Source of the DNA: Trichodesmium erythraeum IMS101
GTDB lineage: Bacteria > Cyanobacteriota > Cyanobacteriia > Cyanobacteriales > Microcoleaceae
NCBI RefSeq assembly: GCF_000014265.1
Contig: NC_008312.1
Coordinates: 6,540,001-6,572,000 of the forward strand
DNA: 32,000 nt
Direction: 5' to 3'
Shown here: in pieces, positions 8,820-17,031 of the stretch
Layout of the letters: each line of letters opens with the position of its first letter
Position numbering within the stretch: the first letter of the stretch is position 1
Program-made: the position numbers and the translations under genes
The notes under the pieces: generated by a model
What the model saw: only the letters and a program-made list of their open reading frames with translations
Databases searched by the model: none
Told to the model about the DNA's origin: nothing

Positions 8820-9905
8820 TTATAAAATAATAGAATTTTTCGTTTTAGCTTGTTCATTCTGACGACGAGCTTCAGCCAATTCTCCATCAATTTCTGATAA
8901 TAAATTTCGGATATTTTCCATCATTTTTTCAACTTTATTCTGGTCTATTGGTAGTAAAGTTCCTAGAGCCTTATTAGATTGATAATGGGTATTTATAATA
9001 GCTAAAGCTTCCTCAGTAGCAGTTTGATACTTTTGAAATTCAGCATTTGCCGCTTGTAATTGCTCCTGCACCGAAACATATTCTTGTTGTTGCTTTGAGA
9101 GTTGATTTCTTTGTTCTTGGAGAAGATTTAACTCTCTGGATAAAGCAGCTGATAAATCTTCTCTTTGTTGTTGAGTTATAGTTATTAATTCCTTCACAGT
9201 TTCCGTAGTTTTAATTTCTCGATTATTTTGCCGAGACTGCCAGTATTCAATCTCTTCCCTCAGAGTAGTTTGCTGATGTTCTAGAGCAGTTATTCGATCA
9301 TCCAATTCTGCCTTTTGTCTCTGTAGAGATGCTAACTTTTGCTTTTGTGGTTCTAGGTAAGCAGCTTGAGATTCGAGAGCTTCTTGTAAATTATTAATAT
9401 CCGTTTCTTTGAGTTCTATTTCTATTTTCTGTAGGTGCTTTTCTTTTTGTTTTAAGTTTTGCAATTCCTGACTTTTTTGCAGTAGTTCTGCCTCTTGGTC
9501 AAACAGAATTTTTGCTGACTCTAGTAGCTGAGATTTTTCTTGAGTAATTTTTTGAATAGATGCAAAACCATTATTAATTTTATCTCTCATTTTGGGTGGA
9601 ACTGACAACTCTTCTAAATGAGGCAACCAATTATTGAGAACTTCTAATTGTATATCCAGGGTTTTTCTCAGAGCGATCGCCCAAGCTTCCAAAGTATCTG
9701 AATCAGTATCTGCTACCTGTTGTAAGATTTCAGCAGTAAAGCACATTTTCCATAAAATTACTCCTAATTCTACCAATTCAAAAGGCAATTTAATGGTATC
9801 AAATTCCGTGAAATTTTTAGATAGCTGAAATTTCTGAATTAGTCTAATAAATCGTTGTATTTCTTGTTGCATTTCTTGTTGTTGTTCTGGTAGTAAATTC
9901 ATCAC
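8820..9905 (-). CDS. coiled-coil protein, hypothetical
   Basis: 361 aa and Q/E/L-rich with long heptad-like stretches. It lies 45 nt downstream of the Hsp70 gene and 92 nt upstream of the radical-SAM gene, all on the same strand. Confidence 0.75.
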   Translation of the reverse strand: MMNLLPEQQQEMQQEIQRFIRLIQKFQLSKNFTEFDTIKLPFELVELGVILWKMCFTAEILQQVADTDSDTLEAWAIALRKTLDIQLEVLNNWLPHLEELSVPPKMRDKINNGFASIQKITQEKSQLLESAKILFDQEAELLQKSQELQNLKQKEKHLQKIEIELKETDINNLQEALESQAAYLEPQKQKLASLQRQKAELDDRITALEHQQTTLREEIEYWQSRQNNREIKTTETVKELITITQQQREDLSAALSRELNLLQEQRNQLSKQQQEYVSVQEQLQAANAEFQKYQTATEEALAIINTHYQSNKALGTLLPIDQNKVEKMMENIRNLLSEIDGELAEARRQNEQAKTKNSIIL

Positions 9906-9950
9906 TTAATAATAGGTATAGTAGGTAAATATCAGACAAATATTATATTT

Positions 9951-11546
9951 TCAATCCTCATCAGGTTTGAGTATATAACCAGGAAACATTTTAGAAATTA
10001 TCTCACCCAACTCATATTCAATTTTGCTTTCTCCTCCTTGACTTTCGATTACTAAATAAGCTATGTGAGAGCGGTCTACCTTCATACCAACTCGATATTT
10101 TGTATTAGGAGAATAATTAGGTAACTCAATCATATCTGCCAGAGAGTTTTGATGTTTAAAACCTTTAGATTGAATTTGGACCCACAAAGTAACAGTTACT
10201 CGTCGTTCTATTGGTTCAATTTCTTTCTCATAAAAATTTGTCTCTGCCAAACTATCTAAACTAGAACCTCCTTTAATCAAAGGAATATTTATTTTATCTC
10301 TTTCTCCTGTAAGAGCAATTGTTTCTAAGATAATACCTAAAGTATGAACATATTTTTCTGTAGGCTCAACTAAACCATTAGCAATCAAACAAGCACCATA
10401 AGAGATAGCATAAGCACTATTAGTAATATTAAAACTTTGCTCAATTCGCACATCATTTCTCTCAAAACCCAAAATATTTTTAATCTCTTCTTGCACTAAA
10501 ATAAACTGAGAAAATCCACCCACCATAAATAAACGATCTATTGAATAACCTTGGATTTTAATTTGCTCAATAACTCGTTTCATAACTTTTTGAATTCCTT
10601 GAGCAATAGGAGTAAATGCTTTCTGAACCTCCTCTAAAGAAACCGAATATCCTTCACCAAATTTATAAGCTTCATCATTAGCTTTGTCTTCTGGAGCATC
10701 CAAATAATTTATGAGTCTTCTAGTAGCTTTTACATGATTAGCAATTTTAACATTTTCAAATTCTCTAAGTAAGCGAATAAACTTTGAATCATTTTCCTGA
10801 ATCTGTTCACCAAATTGTTTTTGATATGCTATTTGAACAATATTTTTATCGAAAGCAACCCCAGCAGATTCTAACCCTTTATCTCCTTCTCCATCAAAGT
10901 AGAGAACTTCAATTTTATTGTTGCTATAAATTCGACATAAACTCACATCAAATGTCCCACCTCCCATGTCGCAAACTAATAAGTTACCCTGAAAAGGATT
11001 AGTATTTTCTTCCTGAGCACGACGCTGCATTTCCCAAGCATAATAAGATGCTGCTGCTATAGGTTCGCTTACCAGTTGAATTAGTTGTTTTTCTAATCCT
11101 AAATCTTTCTTAATTAACTCCTGTAAACGTTCCCTACCGAGATTATAAATATCCCGCTGCCAAATTTCTGGCACTGAAACAACTAAACGTGAAATTTCTC
11201 CTTGTTCTTTAGTAAAACTATAGTCATTATCTGGAGAAATTAATAGTTCTTTTAAGTAATCAATAGTAACACTGATAGGAGTACGATTATTCTTAAAATA
11301 TTGATTAAATTCAGATTCTGGTAACGGCAATCGCATTTTAAATTGACCGTAAGTTTCAATCTCAGGATCGTAGACAGCAATTTTCCGAGCTGAAGACCCT
11401 ATTTCAATACCTTCTAAGTCATAGGCAATGAAAGAAGGAATATACTTTTCTCCATTTAATGGTGGATAGGAATAAGCTTCAGGTTTATCGTTAGTAATAA
11501 AAGAAATAATTGAATTAGTAGTTCCGAAATCTAAGCCAATTTTCAT
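9951..11546 (-). CDS. Hsp70-family ATPase, non-canonical (beta-type substrate domain, no helical lid)
   Basis: 531 aa. Motifs: KIGLDFGTTNS (phosphate 1), LVSEPIAAASYY, LLVCDMGGGTFDVSL (phosphate 2), MVGGFSQF (adenosine). The C-terminal ~145 aa is beta-rich (VTVTLWVQIQ, YRVGMKVDRSHIAYLVIES). There is no lid and no EEVD tail. Confidence 0.9.
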   Translation of the reverse strand: MKIGLDFGTTNSIISFITNDKPEAYSYPPLNGEKYIPSFIAYDLEGIEIGSSARKIAVYDPEIETYGQFKMRLPLPESEFNQYFKNNRTPISVTIDYLKELLISPDNDYSFTKEQGEISRLVVSVPEIWQRDIYNLGRERLQELIKKDLGLEKQLIQLVSEPIAAASYYAWEMQRRAQEENTNPFQGNLLVCDMGGGTFDVSLCRIYSNNKIEVLYFDGEGDKGLESAGVAFDKNIVQIAYQKQFGEQIQENDSKFIRLLREFENVKIANHVKATRRLINYLDAPEDKANDEAYKFGEGYSVSLEEVQKAFTPIAQGIQKVMKRVIEQIKIQGYSIDRLFMVGGFSQFILVQEEIKNILGFERNDVRIEQSFNITNSAYAISYGACLIANGLVEPTEKYVHTLGIILETIALTGERDKINIPLIKGGSSLDSLAETNFYEKEIEPIERRVTVTLWVQIQSKGFKHQNSLADMIELPNYSPNTKYRVGMKVDRSHIAYLVIESQGGESKIEYELGEIISKMFPGYILKPDED

Positions 11547-11968
11547 AATATATAAAGAAGAAAAAAGTAGGAAGAAGGAAAAAGGAAGAGAGAAAGTAAA
11601 TGAGTCTATAGAACCATATAGTTCAGTTAGGGATTTTTTTGATCGCCATTTAATCTGAAGAGCTACTCTAATGGTTCCATAATTTATGAATTTTGGTATT
11701 ACTTAGTATATAGCAATCGTCAATGATTTGTGAAAAAAAACTGTAGGGATTTGGTTATATAAATCCCATTTTCGGGCTTTTATGGAGACAAAACCCCTTT
11801 TTTATAAAATGTTACAACCTATGGACAAATTGGTATAAGACTACCTCAAGTGGCAAGATTAAAATATTATTGGTAATAGTTTCATAATTTGTATAGTAAA
11901 TATTTGGAATTTTAATTATGATATACTATTACGAGTATTATATTGACTCATAAAAAGAATTAAATAGT

Positions 11969-12832
11969 ATGGAACAATGTCCCATATGTGATACTAAATT
12001 TACGAAAGGAGAGGTTAATTATTGCGCTACTTGTGGTTGGGATTTAACTCCATATCCGATAAGTTTTGAATTACCAGAGTCTTTTGTTCAGAAGGAACGG
12101 GATAAAATTTATTGGGCTAAGAATTTATGGCAGAAAATGGAATCTCAATCAGGGCAATATAAATCCGATCTATCTCAACAACAATTTCAATTCTCTGATG
12201 CCCAATTAAAAATAGAAAATTTGGAGGCAGAAAATAGAGATTGTTTGTTTAGGATAGAAGGGTTGAATCAACAATATTCTGACTTACAAACTCGTAAAAA
12301 AGAAGTAGAAGAGCAATTAGAAAATTCCGAGAATAAATGTTCCCAACTCCAAAGTAAAATAGAAAATTTGGAGGGAGAAAAGATAGAATTTTTATCTCAA
12401 ATACAAGAGTTAAATCAACAACATTCTGACTTGCAAACTCAGAAAATAGAAGTAGATGGTCAATGTTACCAACTGCAAATTGAAATAGAAAATTTAAAGG
12501 CAGAAAATAAGGGATTGTTGTCTAAAATAGAAGGGTTAAATAAACAATACTTTGACTTACAAACTCAGAAAAAAGAAGTAGAAAATCAGTTAGATTCGTC
12601 TCATAACAAGTCTTTTAACTTGCAAACTGAAAATGAGAGACTGGAGCAAGAAAACAAAAGTTTTTTGTCTCAAGTAAAACAGTTAAATCAAGAACTATCA
12701 AATGTGAAAAATGAGTTATCTGAAAAGAAAAGAGAATTAGAAGAACTTGAACAAGAATTATTATCTTTGCGATCGCAACAACCAAGTACAAACTTAAGAG
12801 GAAAAAGAAATATATGGGATATAGAAAACTAA
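11969..12832 (+). CDS. N-terminal Zn-ribbon protein with tandem coiled-coil repeats, hypothetical
   Basis: 287 aa. CPICDTKF...CATCGWDL forms a four-Cys ribbon. It is followed by four IENLEAEN...LNQQYSDLQTQKKEVE repeat units. Confidence 0.8.
   Translation: MEQCPICDTKFTKGEVNYCATCGWDLTPYPISFELPESFVQKERDKIYWAKNLWQKMESQSGQYKSDLSQQQFQFSDAQLKIENLEAENRDCLFRIEGLNQQYSDLQTRKKEVEEQLENSENKCSQLQSKIENLEGEKIEFLSQIQELNQQHSDLQTQKIEVDGQCYQLQIEIENLKAENKGLLSKIEGLNKQYFDLQTQKKEVENQLDSSHNKSFNLQTENERLEQENKSFLSQVKQLNQELSNVKNELSEKKRELEELEQELLSLRSQQPSTNLRGKRNIWDIEN
12209..12760 (+). repeat. in-frame tandem repeats (147, 126, 147 nt units plus a diverged fourth) inside the Zn-ribbon coiled-coil gene
   Basis: Unit starts (aaa/gaa ata gaa aat ttg...) are at 12209, 12356 and 12482, and the diverged unit starts at 12629. 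Nucleotide-level similarity is clearly visible, e.g. caacaatattctgacttacaaactc / caacaacattctgacttgcaaactc / aaacaatactttgacttacaaactc. Confidence 0.85.
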
Positions 12833-12901
12833 TTACTCATTAACCTCTAGTTTCCTATTGCTATTCTCGATGAGGAAATTTATTTTGTACGACTCTAAAA
12901 A

Positions 12902-13891
12902 TTAACTCAAATCCCAATCAATTTGGATCTTTTTTCCACTTAAATAAATATCTGTACTACTTAAATCTTGTTCTCTAGCCAGTACATTTATCATTTCTAT
13001 AGTTTTTTGTAATTGCATTTCTGCTTGTCCTAAACTTTCGTTCAGTCTCTGAATTCTACGTCTATTAATCCATCGATTAAATAAATTACTTTCCAGAACC
13101 TCAAGTTGATCATCAATTTCTGTGAGTTTTTCATCCTGTATTCGTGCTTGTTCTGTCAGGATACAATATAAGACAAAAGCTACAGGAATATCAAGATTTC
13201 TAGGTTCAATTTTTCCATTATCGCTATTTTTAGCAAGCTCCTTACCTAAAGTAACTGGACAGATCATTACTAACCAATCAGAGTTAGGAGCAAACAAAGG
13301 AGGAAACATTTTTTTGACATCTTCCATTAATTCTATTTTGTTTCTATGATAACAATAGTCATACTTAGTAACAATAATAACAATTGGAAAAGTTTTTTTT
13401 CGAGCTGGTCTTCTATTGATATTCAAATATTGCAGATACTGACCCATGAGGTTAGCTTTACTTTCCATTGCAATCTTTTGCAGATTAGCCTCAGTAACTG
13501 GCTCCCTTAAATCTTTGCCTGATATACAGAAGAATAAGCCATTAGATTCAGCAGCATAATTTCTAAGTGTCCTAACGTTATCATCACTGGATATGTCTAA
13601 CATAGAACCGCCACGGTAGTCCAGCCATTCAAACTCTATTAATGATTTGTATGCGTAGCAAAGTTCAAAGTTGTAAATTTGAGGTGTATCGGTACCTCGA
13701 GGCCAACGTTCCTCACCAGATTCGCCCACGATCGTTGACCATAAAGTAGCCATTTCAACGCCTTCATCTGGATCGGTTGCCTTGAGACTGAATTTACTAC
13801 CATTTTGAATAGCTGCATACATTCCTAACATAAAGCAGGTTTTGCCTGAACTTGAATCTCCTAGCATCAAAATTTTAATTTTCTCAGACAT
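12902..13891 (-). CDS. Ras/Rab-like small GTPase domain with C-terminal coiled coil
   Basis: 329 aa. G1 is KILMLGDSSSGKT, G3-like is WLDYRGG, G4-like is IIVTKYD ([NT]KxD). The C-terminal ~100 aa is a helical coiled coil. It lies 85 nt downstream of the 344-aa ORF on the same strand. Confidence 0.75.
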   Translation of the reverse strand: MSEKIKILMLGDSSSGKTCFMLGMYAAIQNGSKFSLKATDPDEGVEMATLWSTIVGESGEERWPRGTDTPQIYNFELCYAYKSLIEFEWLDYRGGSMLDISSDDNVRTLRNYAAESNGLFFCISGKDLREPVTEANLQKIAMESKANLMGQYLQYLNINRRPARKKTFPIVIIVTKYDYCYHRNKIELMEDVKKMFPPLFAPNSDWLVMICPVTLGKELAKNSDNGKIEPRNLDIPVAFVLYCILTEQARIQDEKLTEIDDQLEVLESNLFNRWINRRRIQRLNESLGQAEMQLQKTIEMINVLAREQDLSSTDIYLSGKKIQIDWDLS

Positions 13892-13975
13892 GTTGCTCTT
13901 TCTAACTTAACTAATTGGTATATATAAATTTTAAGATCAACGATAGTTGCTTTTATTTTTGGTTTTTGAAGTCAT

Positions 13976-15010
13976 TCAATTTTTAGTTGTACTGTTCTCA
14001 AATACTCTTCCTAGATAAAAACCAATTAATATACTTATAAATATATCTAAGATATATATTTTAAAGATAAATAAGAGCATAAAAAAAAGAAAAGCTGAGA
14101 TTAATAATATCCAAGTTATATGTTTCCAGAAAATAGAATCTGATAATCTTTTTGCAAAAGTATCTATTGAATTATTATAGACATCTTTTGTGCTATTGGA
14201 ATCATCTTTAATGTCAGGTTTTAAGGAATCATTTATGACTTTTGAATTCGGTTTAACTAACTTTATAAGTTGAGTTGCGTCAGAAGTTGTAGCATTTAAA
14301 AATGGTCCTTGTAAAACATCTTGCTTTCGAGGAATACCTAGGCAAAGAGAAAGAGTTATATATTTATATGGATAATCAAAGAACTTACAACAACTTTCCC
14401 ACAAATTGTGTCTATATTCTGGTTCGTCAGGGCAAATAAAAGCTTGATTTTCTCCTTCCGAGCATGGTATAAAATTTGGGTTTATAGATTTATTTAAGAC
14501 ATTAATATAATCTCTAAATTCTGTCACATTAGAATAATTTAGTACTAACTCATACGGATATGCATGAATCTTTCCTTTAGTAAATTGGTAATCTTTTAGA
14601 TACCACAGGTTTTTTAAAGATGTTAGTAAATACTCAGACTTAAAAAATTCAAGGTCTTCTAAGCCAGGCAAAATCTTCAATGAATTAAAAGAATATTTGT
14701 TGATTCTAGCAACATAACCAACGAAAATATGGAGCGATCGCCCAGCAGCATCCTTGGCCAGATATTTATATTCTGGTTCGGAACCAATTAACTCCCTAAC
14801 CATACAAGTCACGCCGAAAATACAATGCTTATGATTCTTAAATAGAGACCAACGAGGATTCCCCCGTAACTTCTCTGCATAGACTGTAGTCCCATGAATA
14901 TATTTGCGTGCCCAATTCTTTTCTTCTATTCCAAAATCATTGGGAATGGCCAGAAAACGATAATCGGCTTCTTTGGTTCTACCGTAAACTATTACAGACC
15001 ATAAGTCCAT
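13976..15010 (-). CDS. hypothetical protein with C-terminal double transmembrane anchor
   Basis: 344 aa. The N-terminal ~290 aa is globular with no motif I recognise. The C-terminus ITWILLISAFLFFMLLFIFKIYILDIFISILIGFYLG forms two hydrophobic helices. It contains a HIP1 site at 14734. Confidence 0.65.
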   Translation of the reverse strand: MDLWSVIVYGRTKEADYRFLAIPNDFGIEEKNWARKYIHGTTVYAEKLRGNPRWSLFKNHKHCIFGVTCMVRELIGSEPEYKYLAKDAAGRSLHIFVGYVARINKYSFNSLKILPGLEDLEFFKSEYLLTSLKNLWYLKDYQFTKGKIHAYPYELVLNYSNVTEFRDYINVLNKSINPNFIPCSEGENQAFICPDEPEYRHNLWESCCKFFDYPYKYITLSLCLGIPRKQDVLQGPFLNATTSDATQLIKLVKPNSKVINDSLKPDIKDDSNSTKDVYNNSIDTFAKRLSDSIFWKHITWILLISAFLFFMLLFIFKIYILDIFISILIGFYLGRVFENSTTKN

Positions 15011-15241
15011 AAATTTATACCTCTAGCTTTGTATTTAGGGACACTAATTTATATATTATCTACTGTTTTATTGAGTTTTCAAATGAAGACCTCTTTGCCA
15101 ACTCCTCGCATACGAATAGGAATTTTCGATATATTAAATATCTCTACTATCATAATAACTGTTATAATTAACTGCAAGATTTGGAATATTTTCGTTAAAA
15201 CTGTCCATTAGACATTTCAAAAAGAATATAGAGTGTTAAAT

Positions 15242-15275
15242 TCAATATTCTACCTACATCAATATTCTACATACA
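15242..15275. promoter_or_regulatory. 17-bp direct repeat in the divergent promoter region
   Basis: tcaatattctacctaca (15242-15258) is immediately followed by tcaatattctacataca (15259-15275). This lies ~95 nt upstream of the 15370 start and ~230 nt upstream of the 15010 start. Confidence 0.3.
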
Positions 15276-15369
15276 TAAGGTATGAAAAAAGGTAGATAAT
15301 TTGGAGAGATGTCTATTGTTAAGAACCTAGAATATTACAATTATTTTAAGATAAAAAAATAAACTAATT

Positions 15370-16761
15370 ATGACAAATCGCATTCGACCTCGCTCTCGTC
15401 GTCAGAATAAACCCCAAGAAGAGCGTGATATAGCCTTAATGGTTGTACTGACTTTTTTCAACCTTGGTAGTGGTGCCACAACTATCTTGGGAGCCATGCA
15501 AATATTACCAATCAAATATTTAGCTTGGACTCTTGGCGGTGCTGTTCAACTAATGTTGTTCATCTTACAAGCAGGATTAGCGGCCAATCGTACTCCTTTA
15601 CGCAAATGGTTAGCGATTATGGTATTAGCTACCGCCAGTGTTTATACTAGCTTTTTTACTTATTATGACAAACTAGCTCAAGGAACCAATGAAAAGCGGG
15701 GTATGGATATGGCACTCAAAGCTCATAATAGATTAATTTCAGAGGTATACACGCCAATGGAAGACCATCTTCGAGATTTACAACAAGAAGCTTTAACTCT
15801 TAGAGAAACTGCCAAAGCAGAAAAAGACAGAGGTATTGACACTGGATTGATTGGTTATGGAGATCAAGCAAGGAAATTTGATAAGCTAGCTCTAGAGAAA
15901 GAGATCGAAGCTAAAAATTTTCTGAATACAGTTAATCAACTTCGCCCATTGTTTGAATACAAGAGCAGAGACCTCAAACCAGTGGATATTTTGAACAAGG
16001 ATAGAAAAGCTCTATCTTCGGCACCAGAAAACTTTCGTAATAATTATCCTGAATTAAAGCGTGGTGACTATATAGATGAAGACTTGGAATTTTCCTTACT
16101 TGCCCCATATCTTAAAGTAGTAAAGAATCAGGAGGAAGCTGCTCTCCTAGCTTTGATAATTGCAATAGGAGTAGATGGGATGGCAATTATGTTGGGAACA
16201 GCAATTGTTGTCAAGTTGATACCACCCGAAGAACGTCGCTCTCCTATTGCTATTGTTGGTAATTCTATCGCTAATTTTATTAGAGATATTAAAAAATCGT
16301 CTGCCAAAGTAGATAATGCTAGTAGAGAGTCTTTCCTAGCAGAAGACGAGGATTTGCAGGCTGCGGTAGAATATGTGACTTTGAACGTGAAAGGAAAAGG
16401 TTCAAATTTTCTCAACGATTTTTACTATGCTATCTTGGAAATAGAACCACATACTATTAATTATTCAGCACTGACGCAAAAATATAGAAATTATGATAAT
16501 ATGCAAAATCCAGTCCGAGCATTCATTGATAAGCTAAGAGAGCCAAGAAGGTTGTGGGTAATAAGAAACCAGGAAAATACTGAGTGGATGGTGCCGCCAG
16601 AACATTATCATCAACTTGTAAATTGGCTACAAAAAGAAATTAAACGCCAAAAAAGCTTAGAAGCAGAGAAAAAGATAGATTATGGTTTTGGATTTTCTGA
16701 AGAAGAAACTACTATCCAATTTCAAATGCCTAAAATGCCAGTAAATCCTAATTCTAACTGA
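15370..16761 (+). CDS. multi-pass membrane protein with central coiled coil, hypothetical
   Basis: 463 aa. Basic N-terminus (RIRPRSRRQNK). Three hydrophobic helices within aa ~20-100, a coiled-coil segment, then a fourth hydrophobic helix (AALLALIIAIGVDGMAIMLGTAIVV). Confidence 0.7.
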   Translation: MTNRIRPRSRRQNKPQEERDIALMVVLTFFNLGSGATTILGAMQILPIKYLAWTLGGAVQLMLFILQAGLAANRTPLRKWLAIMVLATASVYTSFFTYYDKLAQGTNEKRGMDMALKAHNRLISEVYTPMEDHLRDLQQEALTLRETAKAEKDRGIDTGLIGYGDQARKFDKLALEKEIEAKNFLNTVNQLRPLFEYKSRDLKPVDILNKDRKALSSAPENFRNNYPELKRGDYIDEDLEFSLLAPYLKVVKNQEEAALLALIIAIGVDGMAIMLGTAIVVKLIPPEERRSPIAIVGNSIANFIRDIKKSSAKVDNASRESFLAEDEDLQAAVEYVTLNVKGKGSNFLNDFYYAILEIEPHTINYSALTQKYRNYDNMQNPVRAFIDKLREPRRLWVIRNQENTEWMVPPEHYHQLVNWLQKEIKRQKSLEAEKKIDYGFGFSEEETTIQFQMPKMPVNPNSN

Positions 16762-16797
16762 GTTACGACTTAAGCCAAAGATGAAATAATATACCAT

Positions 16798-16837
16798 TTG
16801 TAGGTGTTGACTGCCGTTAAACCCCTACTATATATGG
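16798..16837 (+). repeat. small dispersed repeat, copy A
   Basis: ttgtaggtgttgactgccgttaaacccctactatatatgg is ~75-80% identical to 18692-18730. Confidence 0.5.
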
Positions 16838-16933
16838 TAGTTATGTTTAAGTTTTGTGAGTGTTATGTCTGATGACATCCATAATTATAGGGCTTTTGAG
16901 ATTGATAAACCACATCGCCACAACCAAAACCTT

Positions 16934-16961
16934 GTAGGGAAATTCCTAGGAATGTCCCTAC
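16934..16961 (+). repeat. GTAGGGA...TCCCTAC palindromic hairpin (Nostocales-type dispersed repeat)
   Basis: gtagggaaattcc ta ggaatgtccctac forms a 13-bp stem with one mismatch, 70 nt upstream of the 17032 start. Confidence 0.5.
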
Positions 16962-17031
16962 TGTAGTCTACTAAAATAAAAACGGCTGTAAGCGAATTTG
17001 ATATTACTCAAATAAAAAGAGGAGAAAAATT

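Noticed and set aside
12209-12760. Periodic repeats (also 28675-28722) as possible CRISPR or other non-coding arrays
   Set aside because: Both repeat sets are in frame inside ORFs, lack unique spacers of constant length, and translate into coiled-coil units or INEP repeats.
15029-15211. 60-aa hydrophobic ORF in the divergent intergenic region
   Set aside because: It sits in a very AT-rich promoter region with no RBS and I/L/T-rich composition typical of random AT-rich frames. The region is better explained as shared promoter space.
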